This document shows, in pieces, positions 10,102 through 22,779 of a stretch of DNA of 64,000 bases; positions within the stretch are counted from its first letter, which is position 1, and every line of letters begins with the position of its first letter. The stretch lies in the NCBI GenBank assembly GCA_973895155.1, contig OZ316898.1, positions 6,807,079 through 6,871,078 on the forward strand, read 5' to 3'. The notes under the pieces are model-generated. The model was not told the origin of the DNA, searched no databases, and saw only the letters and a program-made list of their open reading frames with translations. This DNA is from Marsupella aquatica. Lineage: Eukaryota > Plantae > Marchantiophyta. The translations under genes were made by a program, and so were the position numbers.

Positions 10102-11893
10102 ATGGTTAGGGAAGAGAGGACGATTGAGGTGACGCTCATTTCAGCGACAGACTTGAAGAAGGTGAAGAAATTCGGAAGGGAGCAGAAAAATTATGTTTCG
10201 GCCTATGTTTATCCCTCCCGAAGGGAAATCTCTCGTGCAGATCCATACGGAGGGGTCAATCCGATTTGGAATGTCACACTGAAGCTCAAATGTTATGAGA
10301 ACGATCTCTTCCCAGCTGCCACCAATAGTGGTGGGACTGCAGCTTCGTCCTCTTCAGCTTCTTCAGCTCACGAGATGACATTGGAAATCTACAGCCACGG
10401 CGGGGGCATCCTCCACACTGCTGACAAGCTCGTCGGCACTGTCACTGTTCCGCTCCAACAGGTGGCGTCGGCTGCGAAAGCAGGGGGCGTCATGCCAGCG
10501 TTTCCTGTACATCTTCCAACTGAGTCCGGAGAAGTGCAGGGCTCTCTGAATCTGTCGGTAAAGCTAGGTGCCAAGCGGGAACTGGGGGATTATGAAGATA
10601 TCACTACAGCCCCACTCTCTTCGTATTCTGACCAGGTGAGCTGATATCCAACGAGGAAATTGGAGTGCTGATGAGCTCCTTTGTAGTTCCAAGTCATGCG
10701 TCAAAATTATTGTCACTTTGCCGTGTGAATTCCTGAGGACAACACTACCCCGTTCGGTCTCCTTTTTGCTTTCGAGTATAAAACGGTCACAGGTGTATTG
10801 AAAGGATTTTCAGCAGGACGTTCTGCACAACTTTTGGCACAACTTTTGGCGGAGTTGTTTGCTATTTTTATATGGGCACTCCACCAAAAGTTGCTGAAAA
10901 ATGTGGTTACCCACAACGATGCTGCTGAAGTCACATGGGAATAAAATCTTAACCACTTTGTTCACTCATAATCGAAAAGGACTGCTAGGTCAAATTTTGT
11001 ACCAGGGTTTTTACGGTTCATCGTTTTCTTTGGTAGGAGATCATTTACAAAATTTGAGCCTCTAGTTTGCAATGGTAATAGTCTTGACACGAATCTATAG
11101 ACGAGCGTAAGTACAATGAATCTGTTGTGGGGAAAAGTTTGCTGAGGTGCTGAGAATAAGTTTTGGCAAGAACTGGCAGAAAATAGAACAACATGGAGAA
11201 TGTAGGGAAAGTTCTGCTGTATGAAGAAGCAAAATAACCAGATACGCATGTGATCGATCTCTTCAGCTTTTTTCAGCGCTAATGATTGTCTACAACTTTT
11301 ACCAGGTAACTCCTTCCTTCTTCTATCCTCAGGCGAGAGACGAATTTCCAAGCTCGCAACCCAGTAGCTACAAATCACAAGGACAATCATCTTATGGCAA
11401 TTATCCTCCAGCAAGTGAGGTAACTCCTTCCTCATTCTATCCTCAGGCGAGAGACCAATTGCCAAGCTCGCAACCCAATAGCTACAAATCACAGGGACAA
11501 TCATCTTATGGCAATTATCCTCCAGCAAGTGGTTACACACCATCAGCAGATAAACAGAACAGCATTGCTGCTGCTGCAGAGGAGGAGGATTTCGTGACAG
11601 GGTATCCTGCACCAGAAAATTATGCTTTTGCACCCTTGGGTCAGTTGCCCAGGGAAATGCCTAGGCCTGAGACCAGTGCCGAATATGGTCCTTACGTTGT
11701 CCGCTCACCTAACGAGGGAAGTCACTACCACACAAAACGAGAGCGAAGACGAGAGCGAAAACAGGATCGAAGGGAGAAGAAATGGGACCGAAGAAGCGAG
11801 AAAATCAAGAAACTTGCTGCAATGGGGAAAAAGGAGGCGGCTACTCACGTGGCTTTTGTAGCACTTCGCGTTGTATCGATGGGATTGATATGA
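10102..11893 (+). CDS. C2-domain (SRC2/BAP-like) protein with a Pro/Ser/Tyr-rich C-terminal region, ~373 aa
   Basis: Exon 1 10102-10635 (donor CAG|gtgagc) and exon 2 11306-11893 (acceptor ttttaccag), phase 0. The N-terminal C2 fold signature reads TIEVTLISATDLKKV...D..GGVNPIWN..L...TLEIYS...DKLVGTVTVPL...G.VQG.LNLSVK. The VTGYPAP motif is typical of SRC2-like proteins. Confidence 0.85.
11306..11533 (+). repeat. 114-bp (38-aa) in-frame tandem duplication at the start of C2-gene exon 2
   Basis: VTPSFFYPQARDEFPSSQPSSYKSQGQSSYGNYPPASE followed by VTPSSFYPQARDQLPSSQPNSYKSQGQSSYGNYPPASG. Units start at 11306 and 11420. Confidence 0.92.
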
Positions 11894-14800
11894 TCGAGCT
11901 TCATGGTCCTTCATCCTCATCTTCATCTTCAAGCCAACCCTCGAAATGTAACGACAAGAGGTCCTCCTTGAACAAAGAATTGTTGAGTAATGTCATACTC
12001 CAAGCAATCGTAGAGAAAATTAAAGGGAGCACGTCTAAACTGTTCACCTAGAATTAATGTCTTCTCTACCCAACAGCTACTGAGGCACACGGCCCTCATC
12101 CAAGATTTAGGCTACAGATCATTCTTATGGAGGTATCCTTCATTTCCACAATGGATCTCAGCTGTCCGATCCAGATGCAGTCTCCCAATCGATTACCACT
12201 GGCCATTGATCTATAGGCATCCTCAATTAATCTCAACCGTCCAAGCTGGAGAAAACATACACTAGATAATTACATGCTTTATTTGATACTAGGTAGTGGA
12301 TAAAAAGATATACGGTAGATAGATAGATTGGGGCAAAAGTTAGGGAGAGTGACGTTACTCGTTGTGGCCGTCCTACCCACCTACAGTACCCTAGCACTCT
12401 TACTTGACTAAAGTGTGGCACATTGCCTCATACAATTTTGTGGAACGCACAAGTTTATCAATTGGACCAGTCCTTGTAAAGGAAGCTGTCATCGCCTTGC
12501 AAAACATACAGGGTTGCTGATATGCTAATTATTGATGCATATAAAAATGCTCAGTGTTCCAAGTTATTCATTAATGTTGTGAGCTAATCAAGGTACCAGG
12601 TTTGGCCCTAATTAGGGGCTCCAACCTGTTTGGCTAATCAATTTATGGTTTACAACTAGAGTAGCCACCGTGACCACCCAGTTCTTTCTTCATGCTGTAT
12701 CATGCTGTATAGTTATCTTCGCTGTAAACACTACACTGTTCACGACATTTAGTGTTAGTAAAGAATTGGGTTTATACCTACTGTACTTTAGTGGTAGTCA
12801 AAACTAATTTGTGTCCACCTGTTTTCATGGGCTCGTTGAAAGGAATTAGCATGAATTACGAATAGTTCACACTAATTGGTATTAACATGTGCTTCACAGT
12901 CAAAACTGCAATGCTCTATGCACTTTGCTTCCCTTGTCAATCAATCTGGGAAAATGGTGAGCTTGATTTGCCCTATGCCAAGTATTTGCTTGATCAGTTT
13001 GAGTTCCACACATTCTTCCATTACCAAGACTTTCAAATGTGCAAGCAAACCAAAGGAACAGCAAACATGATCATGGTTACTAACATTAAGTTTCTGACAC
13101 GTGAATATGAATATCACCTTTCAGATTCTCCTAGTTTTTTTTAGGAGAACCGCTAGATTTGGCAATTGCTCCCCTATGCCAATGTATTTGGTGGATTAAA
13201 ATACCTGCCTATTCCTTTGTATTGGTAGCTAAGGTTTTTTCTGGGTAAGAATTTGACAAAAACTTGTCAGATGGAAAAGGATGTAAGTAACTCATCAAGA
13301 AGGCTTTTTTGTTGGCCTCTTCAGCCTTCTTTGAAAAAGAGAGGAAAAAGAGGTGTAGAAATAATGTAACAGTTTTTAAGTACAATGCCACCAAGGATTG
13401 GGTAATTAGAATACTTTCATGGTTTTCACTTTATTGATATAGTGCAGTGGTTTTCTTCTACGATTACTTGGGTTAACTTGACTTTCATGTGTCACCTGTT
13501 GATTGCATGCCTGGAATTTTCATGCAGACAGTTTCCGTTACCATTTTCGAAATTTCCAAGAGCAGTCTGGTGATGGACAATGCTGAAAGAAGAGACCATG
13601 TGCTGACACATCTCTCACAGAGGGCGGAGTTTGACTTGTGTTTAACCATTGTCTGTCTTTGGTTATCCGTATTATAATTGTTTCTGGTCCCATATTATAT
13701 AGAATTATGAGTCCGGATGGACCAAGGGATTTGTTCTGCCCATCCCCATGGATTATGCATGTACAGTCACCAGTCAGTTTACACTAGGAGAAAAGTGATC
13801 TACTTCTTCGGAAGGACACCACACTTTCGCTAAGGATGCCTCAAGTAACTTTTCCAGGCACCTCGGCCAACTGTAAACTGTTTGTTTTTGGCAAACTTGT
13901 GCATTTACTTGGATAACTTTGGGGTCTTTGTTTAATCTCAAATTCTTCCAACTTGTTCTCTGATGTAGAATCTATTACCCACAAAATTTGGAATTTGTTT
14001 AGATCATTTTCCTCCATTTCCAACGAGTGCAAATATGACCAAATGTTATAAACCAACCACCAATGGATGCTTCACCTTTGTGTAGTGCGCTCCAAGTAGT
14101 TTGGCAGTGAGCAACAAATTACCACTTTGGGGAAGGACACTTTAGTTTTGTGAAGGATGCCCTGAGTGGTTTGGACATGAGACCAACTTACTGTCGGCTG
14201 AACTAATTAAGACTGGTTGCAAATGGTCTGAAGCCTGTTTATAGGTCAGATTTAAATTGGAACCGTTAAAATTTCTATAAAGGTCTACGCCAGTCATCCA
14301 AGTTGTCGAAATCCATCCGGGCTTCACCGCAAACCCTAGATCCATCCTGGCTTTGTCTCTTCTCCCTAGATCCATCCTGGCTTTATTTCCTCCCTTAGGT
14401 CCATTCTGGCTTTATTTTCTCCTTGCTGGTATTGTACAAGATGAATCTGAGCTTTGATCGGAGGGTGGTGAATGGGTGCTGCTCCGAAAATGCAACTATC
14501 GCACTTGTGGTGTGCCAACTCCAGGTCATCTGGAGTATCAGTACACTTACTTGTGGTTCAAAAGCTCAATAATCTAAATAAGAAGACACAAAGTCCCCAA
14601 CAACCACCGAATTCTTGACTACTAGCCCCAACTAGCTGTTCAACCTGAATAGAGGAGAGTAATAGACGAGAGGACAATAATATATTTACTATTCTCATCC
14701 TTTGAAGGTTAATAATGAAAAAAAAACCATCATGCCTGGCCCCATCATTTTAACAATTATACATATCATAAGATACTCCTACTATGGACATATAGTATCT

Positions 14801-14996
14801 TCACTCTAGAATTCTAGACCTCAAGTCTAGTTTCCCTTCGTCCTTTATATATAAGATGGGATTGGGGCCCATGTCGGGAGATCACCCTCCCATGGATGCC
14901 TGCCTCCCATTGAGCAGGCTCTTGAGCTCTTGAGCTCGCCAGTCAGTTGCCACGAGCTGCACATTTTCATCTTGCAACGGAGAGTGAGAGACAGAG

Positions 14997-17066
14997 ATGG
15001 CGTTTGCAGCTGCACTCTCAGCCCCTTGCTGGATACCACAATCGCCAGCCCGGACTCATGGGCCATTCTCTCTTTGCCCGTCCAAGTTGGAAGCGAAGTA
15101 CCCACGAGACGGATGCAATCTTTCCACTTCGTTACCTCGCGTCAGCACGGTTAGAGCAAAGGAATCGTCTGGACAACTTCCATCAACTTCTTCAAACGGG
15201 GGCAGCATGGATGTGCCAATTTCCAGGAGAGAGGCCATCTTGCTCGTGGGTTCTGGAGCTGGAAGGAGTCTCGTTGCCACCGGTATTGTGTTTTGTGCCT
15301 CCACCTCACTAACAGACTCTCCCGCTGCTGCTGCTGAGACCAAGCCAAGGCCACAGTTCTTCGATCTGAACGGGTCTGGAGGTGTGAAGGCGTTGGACAT
15401 TCGGGAGGGAACTGGAGCGATTCCTCATGTTGGAGATAAGGTGAGGGGAATCTGCGAGGAGAAAGCCTCCGGACTTTATGTCGTTCTGTTCAGTCTCCTT
15501 CAACAAAATGACTGGAAAATGTCAGTCGAATTTCCGTGATACTAGAGAGAAGGAATTCAGGGTTTTCATGAATCTTTTGATCCTTTTGGCCCCTCTTGTG
15601 GGTTACAGACTAGCAAATGATGGTCATCTTTGCGTCATTCCATTGTGAGTAAAGACAATTTCTTTGCTAGCTGATGACCTGCCCCAAACGAACACATAAA
15701 AATAGAAACTCGAAAAAATAGAGAACCTGAAGATGCTCTTGTTGCGTCAGTAGGGGTTGAAGCTGGACGTGACTTTCTATTTGTTCTCTCGCTTTTCAAT
15801 TAGACTGTTTTCGTCTTTATTTGTTACCTTTGCAGTTGTGTGATGATCTTTCACTCGGCCGTGGAAGGTTTGATTTGCTGGGGAAAGTAGTATTGGAAGA
15901 ATCTCCAACTATACCATTGTAACCATTCGCCATTGAAAGATTAAATCCCCGATCCACAGTTCATGAAATCAAACCTGGCGTCATTATCGGACATGGACTG
16001 ACACGACAGTTACCATCATTAGTTGGGATCGGAAAGAGTTGTGTCTTACACTGGCTCTCATCAACTCACCGGAAATGTGTGCTTTTTATGATATCTCTTC
16101 AGTTGTGGAGTTTGCTTTGTCATATTACGGGACGGGAGTTCTTTGACAAACTGCAGTAGAATGTAATTTGTGGACTTATACAGTCAGGTGAGCAGCTGGA
16201 TGTTGTGTTCGCTAGGTAGCCATTCACTATTATGCACGGCTGGCGGCAAAGCAGGGGTGGCGCTTTGACTCCTCATACGATCACAAAGATCAATCTGGCG
16301 CACCTGAGCCATATGTTTTCGTCATTGGAGATGGCACGGTGGGTTTGCTGTTTCTGATTTCGTCCAGCCTAAGATAGTTCAGCAAAAAAGTTCGTCATTG
16401 CTTTTGTGGTAATGGTTGGATCCACTTTTTCTTTATGGCATCCAGACATGATATTCTGCAGTAATTGTGGTCAGATGCAGTTCCATCCATTCTAGTTTGT
16501 CGTTTGCAATCTCACCTTCCCTACATTTTATGTCACGTGTGCTCTTATAAAGCCAAACTGGAGAGTTGTCTCGCATAATTAGAAGTTTGAGCAAGTTTTG
16601 TTGGTTTTGTCAGTAAAGAGGCATGTTCAAGATTTCTCTAGAATTTCACTAATGGTGTTCCTTAGCAGGTCATTGCAGGGCTTGATAGTGCATTGCTTAG
16701 CATGAAAGAGGGAGGTGTACGCCGTGTGATTATCCCACCATCGCAAGGCTACCAAAACAAGGAACAGGGACCGATTCCACCCAATGTAAGACTTAGCAAA
16801 TTTCAATGCTATGTTCATCAGATTGACCATCTTACTCCGTGGCCTGCCCATTTACCGTCGTGGTTCATTTTGGATTAGGAGGATATAAGATCGCTCTATT
16901 CCAGTTCAAAGGAGTTGAACTAATATTGAGATGGCGTGTACAGTTCTCTGACCGACAAAGACTTTACACAACGATCTTCAACCCAACACGGCTTGCCAAT
17001 GGAGAAGGTTCAACACTAGGAACTCTAGTGTTCGACATCGAGTTGTTGGGTATCCGCCCCAACTAA
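14997..17066 (+). CDS. FKBP17-1: Chloroplast thylakoid-lumen FKBP-type peptidyl-prolyl isomerase, ~268 aa
   Basis: Exons 14997-15440, 16216-16338, 16669-16785 and 16944-17066 are all GT-AG, phase 0. A transit peptide is followed by a twin-Arg signal (SRREAILLV...AAAA). Family motifs: SGGVKALD, IHYY.RLAAKQGWRFDS.YDHKD, RRVIIPPSQGYQN, DRQRLYTTIFNPTRLANGEGSTLGTLVFDIEL. Confidence 0.95.
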
Positions 17067-18296
17067 ATGAACTCGCTATCGGAAACTGCATCGAGGAAAA
17101 CGCTATGCAAATTGGCAACTTCAGCTTCGAAGGGGTTGATTTGCCAATGTGAACTGACGTGCGTATCTTAGGAGGCTAGCAAAATTGCCATTAACTTTAC
17201 TATTAGCATGGTTCTCTAGACCCTGAAATTTTTAGACGACATACTCGTCTCTGGGGATGCTCATCTATCGAAATGGTTACCTGTTTCCGAATGTAATGTT
17301 CTCCATTTTCTAGACCTCTTCAAATGATACCATGGCTTTTGGCGATTTTCAGATTCAAGTTGCTGCTGTAATCTAGTTCCCCAAATATTAAAAATAATTG
17401 GGCTGTCACTGGCACGATCTTTCCTCTTCGATTGTACTTGAGACTTGATTATTTTATTCCAGGGAAAGCCTCGAGAGTTTTCCGTCCGTGGACTACTCAC
17501 GAAATTTCTATCCAATCGTTCAAACCTGCTGATATTGTCTTTTCGTAGCTTGAATCCGTGTAAATATACAAGTTTACTATTCAGTCCGCGAGCATTTATT
17601 TGGATTCTGATCATATGATATGGGGTACCAAAGCTGATTTCAGTGTTGGCTGGATGGCAGCCTGGGTCGTCCTCGCTTCCCTGTTTGTAGTTACTGACCT
17701 AACATGCTGGCAAAGAGGATGAACATGATATCTTTGGGTTAAATCAATTCCTGAGCCACGAGGATCATAACGAGTCTCTCAGATAGCCATGAATTGTGCG
17801 GCATTTGAAAAGGACTTTACCGAGACTCACTGCCTGAGAATCTTGTTGAAGCATAAGCCACGTAACTCACACAAACACGAAAGCCCAGAGACAAAATAAA
17901 CATTATTGTCAAAGTCACATTTCATTCAATGTCTAGAATCATGACATGTCGGTTGTAACAAAGCTAATGTACCTGTTTTAGAGTCACAATTCCTCGGCAG
18001 TTCAATAACGCAAAGAATTTATGACATCTAACTGCTTACATCTGCTAGTTCTGCACGCCAATAGGTCGCATTCTACCTTTGATAAGAGATAAACTTGATG
18101 TATCAATCAGCCGGCTCCCATATTGGACCTATGTGTGTCCTTTCATTGGGGCCAGTGTGTTCTATCTATACAGCTACTGCACTAGAATCTACAATATGCA
18201 ATTGGGATATTAGATTCTGTGAGAAGTACGTCTGAAATAGTCAAATTATGTGAAAGAAATGACCTAAGATATTTCTTACTGCACAAGTTCAACGTT

Positions 18297-20514
18297 CTAT
18301 TTTTCTTCAGGACTGGTCGTTATTTCGGTTGCTTCTGGATTTTCAGCTGAAACTCTTGCTGTTGTATTTCCGGCTGCCGCAAGGTCGTTCGCTTGGGCTC
18401 TCTTTGCCGCTGCCACATTCTTCAGTTGCTTAACAGACCCTACTAGAGTAGAGGCTCCCTTCTCGCCCTCGAGTACATCAGCGACATCATCCACAATCTT
18501 CTGGACCTTTTTAGCCAATTCTTCAATCTGTGCACATAGAAAGGTGGGTTGAGAGTTTGGCTGTAATTCAGGACAGACACTTTTCTATCAGCTGAAATTC
18601 TGCGTGTAGTTCGCTGACAGTACTCTGTCTTCAGAGAATATGTTTTATCAACTTTATTCCACCTCAGGAGTCTACAAAGGGGATAACTTTATGCCAATGT
18701 GATAACGCTCATAAAATCCTTGCATTATTCGCGTACCTGTCGAGAATATTGATCTTGAGGCGGGACAGATTGGCTCGCCAGTTTCTTAGATCGAATGTAG
18801 ATGTATTAAATCGTCGAGAGATGTAGATGTATTAAATCGATCTTAAATGTAGTATTGCATCATTTACGAAAGGTTTCTACGACTACGTACCTTTTGGGCA
18901 ATCTTCTCCACCTCCTCGGCCCCCAGTTCAGCAGCGTTGGCGAGCTCCTCAACCTTATCAGCAATTTCAGTCACAAATTTTGCTCCCTCTTCTACCATCG
19001 CTGCGGCAGCATCCACTTCCGCTGTTGGAGACGGGACCACATCAATGGACGCGTCAGCTCGACTGTTTCTCTCTTCAATCGCTAATCTATCTCTCGACTG
19101 ACTTCAAGTATTTCGAAGACTTCCAGATTGGTAAACTCTTGATTTGCTGGTTAAGTAACCACTTTCCTAGTCCAAAACAAATCCAGACTTACCTTCCACT
19201 TGCTGAATGAGAGCTCTGGTGGGTAACAAGGTTGCCAAAAATTGGAAAATCTTCTCAATCCTGAGTATTCCAATTAATCAGTGTGAGAAAGATAGACAGC
19301 TCCTTGAACTGAGTTTAAACGATCTGCCAAATCTCATAATTTCAAAAAATTAAATTTCACTCTCTTCGAATTCCAAGCCATAACACCAGTACTATGAAAT
19401 CAACGTCTGCCACGACAACAGAGTATTTCCAGACGGAAAGGACTTTGTTATTGTGCTAGATGTAAGGCGCATTTCCTACTTACAATTCTACAATAAACGA
19501 AATAGGTCCTGGCGATGGCGAACCTCCTGGTGCAGCAACTGAATTGATTGAAAAGCATCTCCTAGTATCCCACGGCCTGCCACGACAAGAACAACCCCAA
19601 AGTTCTATTCATTCTGCAACTGACACATCACCCTTCGATCAAAGGAGTAATCAAATCTGTCTCAACTTCAGTTCTCTTTCATTTCCCTTGTGTCACCTGG
19701 GTGAAAAGGAACTACATTGCGAACCGAGCAACCACTTTTGCTGCCTGAATGGTAGAGCATTGCCTATTCCAAATTAAGAAGAAACGATATCCCGAGCCCT
19801 TCCACCCATGCCTCTTCCTTACTCCAAGCCTGATAGCAAGCGGCCACTTACATCCGGCAGATGAGCAATTCCTCTGTTCCTTCCGCGTCACTCGTTAAAC
19901 AGCAAAATGGGTGGTCCAGTATAATAATAATTCACTTTCATTCGTCCAGTCCTTTCTTGTTGGCTTAAACCCACTTCACGATTCACAGGGAGTTTTTGAG
20001 CAAATCAGTTGAGTGAATGCGCAACTCCAGGTGGAATTGCAAGCTTTAAATACCGCCGTCCATGGTCATCTTCTCCTAGCTTACTCGCTGTTCACTCTTA
20101 ACTTACAATTCAATTCAACTCAATTCAATTTCTGGCTACATCGCTCTGTACGTCCGCTAGCTTCATGCGATACTGAGGCAAATTCCCAAGACAAGGGTCG
20201 GCAAACCACACCCACAAATACACGTACCTTGGGTTCAAGTGGCGTTCAAGTTGAGGAGACCGTCTGAAGTGGGCAGAATTGGCGAGCATAGCCGCACCGG
20301 TAGTAGAGGGGTCGAATCCCGCCATTCTGGTATGAGAATGAAGAAAAGCTCGAGAGCTTGACGAGAATACAGTAGGACAAAGACGAGATCCAGGCCCAAA
20401 AGCAACTATAGGTACCATGTGATTCTCCATTATATCTAGTCCTCTCACAGTAGCAACAGTCCTTGTTAGTGACACCATTCGTCCCATCACCATGCTCCCA
20501 CCTATTCCTGCCAT
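18297..20514 (-). CDS. Uncharacterised, probably plastid-targeted helical/coiled-coil protein, ~271 aa (5' end uncertain)
   Basis: Frame-consistent GT-AG exons: 20514-20228, 19740-19697, 19538-19484, 19260-19193, 19021-18891, 18527-18297. The product has a Ser/Arg-rich N-terminus, then PGGSPSPGP, an amphipathic segment (ISFIVELIEKIFQFLATLL) and a E/K/A/V-rich helix (EVDAAAAMVEEGAKFVTEIADKVEELA..EEVEKIAQKIEELAKKV). It resembles a conserved plant hypothetical family from memory only. Confidence 0.7.
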
Positions 20515-22779
20515 CTACTGCAGCTTTTCCAGGCTTCCAGCAGCCTTCCTCGAGACTGGTAATAAGAGCGTCACTTTATCTCAGTTAACACTGCTTGAGG
20601 AGATGAGCTGTACAGAGCTGGACGACCTTTCAGAGGACGGTTGAAAAGGGAGGAAGGATGGCGAAGTGCAGGGATCTCTTTTGTAATCCAATCAGCTTTA
20701 TGTACAACTCTATCAGGTCAGGAAAGTGGAAATCTTGACGGATAGATGAATTGACCAAGATGTGTGTAGCATCCCTCCAGATTGAAATTCTCTCCCTGCG
20801 CAAAAGACTCGATGCTGGCAGACTAAAGTTAGGCCAGTCGGACAGATGGGCGGTGGTATACTGATGTGAAATTACCACTCGCTTCCAAAGACTTCTATGT
20901 TCCTGGTGACGAAGCGATAAATCCGGTAGAGGTTTCGGACCAGGTGGGTGGAGATCAACCGCTGCAGAACAGGATTGACGACCTGCAGGAGCGAGAGAGT
21001 AAAGGCCAGGGAAACGGTGAGGCGGAACGAGTATAAGACGAAGGGCCACGGGAAAACCATGGCAGACAATTTGCAATGACTCTGAAACTTTTTGTGGTGG
21101 AAGAAAGTGGAGACAGACGGAAAGGTTGCTGCTCGATTGGGGGGTAGCAATTAATTCCCAAATGGTATACGTAACTCCTCCAGTTGAGGAAGCTGACTTG
21201 CTTGAAATTTCCTGCTTGCTTGCTGGTCTGGTAAACGACCTGCCCGGCAAATTTGCACTAAAGGGCAGGGCAAGCAATTGGGATCCTTGAGTGCTGCTGA
21301 CTGCAATTGATTGGATGGATGGAGGAATCATGGGGATCTACTTATTGTAGGACAGCACTGAAATGGTGATGGTCAACTGATTGAGAAACAGTATCAAGCA
21401 CTTATTCCTTTCCGTAGATCTTGAGTGACAGCATCGATGGATGTAGAGGGCTATTCCCCATTCACACATATCTGAGAACGGCACCAAACGGTGAACCAGA
21501 AGCTAGACCCGGCAGAATTACTTTCGCAAATTAAGAATTGTTTCACTTGGAGCACCAAAACTTGACTCGTTCCAACAGAAAACTCTCACGCGCTTCCTTG
21601 CTGAGTCCCTTCTCCTCCTCTACTTAGCACGGCGTCTAATTCCCCCTTCCATGCCCGGACGGCAGGTCCCTTGGTCAGCCTCAACAAGAAGCAAGCTCTA
21701 GATGAACGCTACACTCCACGTTTTAATTGCCCGATCCCTGACTTCCTCCCGCTGCTGCCTTCTGTGACGTGCTTCAGACGGACTGCGAACAAGTAAGCAA
21801 GTAAGCAAGGTGAGTGAAAGACTGCTGGACAAGATTCCAGGTACAGTGCTTCGAACGTTAAATAAGCAAACAATGCTGCAACAACATACCCACGGCAGGT
21901 GTTTAATTGCGTGTCTGGTGATTGCTTGATTCACTCAATGGCATGCGGTCCGGGTCACCAACCACCCTTGATGTATACTGCAGCTGCGGAAACCCTGGCT
22001 CGTTTGTCTCAAATATCTCGTACCCTCACACTCTCTCCGGTCTAAGAATTCGTCGTATCGCTTGTCGATCCTCTGTTTTGATGTAAGTGACAACTCCTGC
22101 TCCTCGATCACACAGAGTTCTTATCCATCCACTACAGCTCTTTCATTTCTGCCCTGAATTTCTGAAGGGCATCATTCACTTTCTGAGTGTGTCACAACCC
22201 AGATAGACGTCCCCACAACCCTGCCTCGGGATTTGTTCCTGCTGCAGGCACTTTGACTCTTGCTGTTCAATTCAGTGGTCTATGCAGCATTGCAAGATGC
22301 AGAAGTGGAAAGCAAAGCTCAATTGCAGCCCAGTGGTGTCCAATTGCACATGCCAATCACCTCGAATCGAATCCATACCCAACAACATCCACAGCCATCA
22401 AAGGAAATCAGTGTCTACCGATGGCAGAGAGGGTTGAAGTAGGCTGGATGGAATGCACCGCCTAATCTGCCATTGTTGCCTGTATGTATGCGAATGTAGT
22501 CCAATCCAGTACAATTTTGTGGTGCAGTGAACTTGGTGCCCCTTGCTTTGTCCCCAGGCCGGAAGCTTTCTTGGATCTCTAGTGGTAATAGAGGCGGCTA
22601 GCCAAGCTGATATGGAATCTTCAAAAGCCGATTCTGGTCTGGTCCCGTGCATGGTCACGAGCCATGGATCCTGCCTACTTTGGTGTGGACCTGGACGAAG
22701 ATCCCGATCTTGGAATCACTCGGTTCGGCAGGAGCGACACGGTGAGGTTCTATCAGAATGTCTTTACAAGAGTGGGCAC

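Noticed and set aside
10962-11633. 223-aa minus-strand ORF
   Set aside because: It is the antisense shadow of the duplicated C2-gene exon 2 plus intron.
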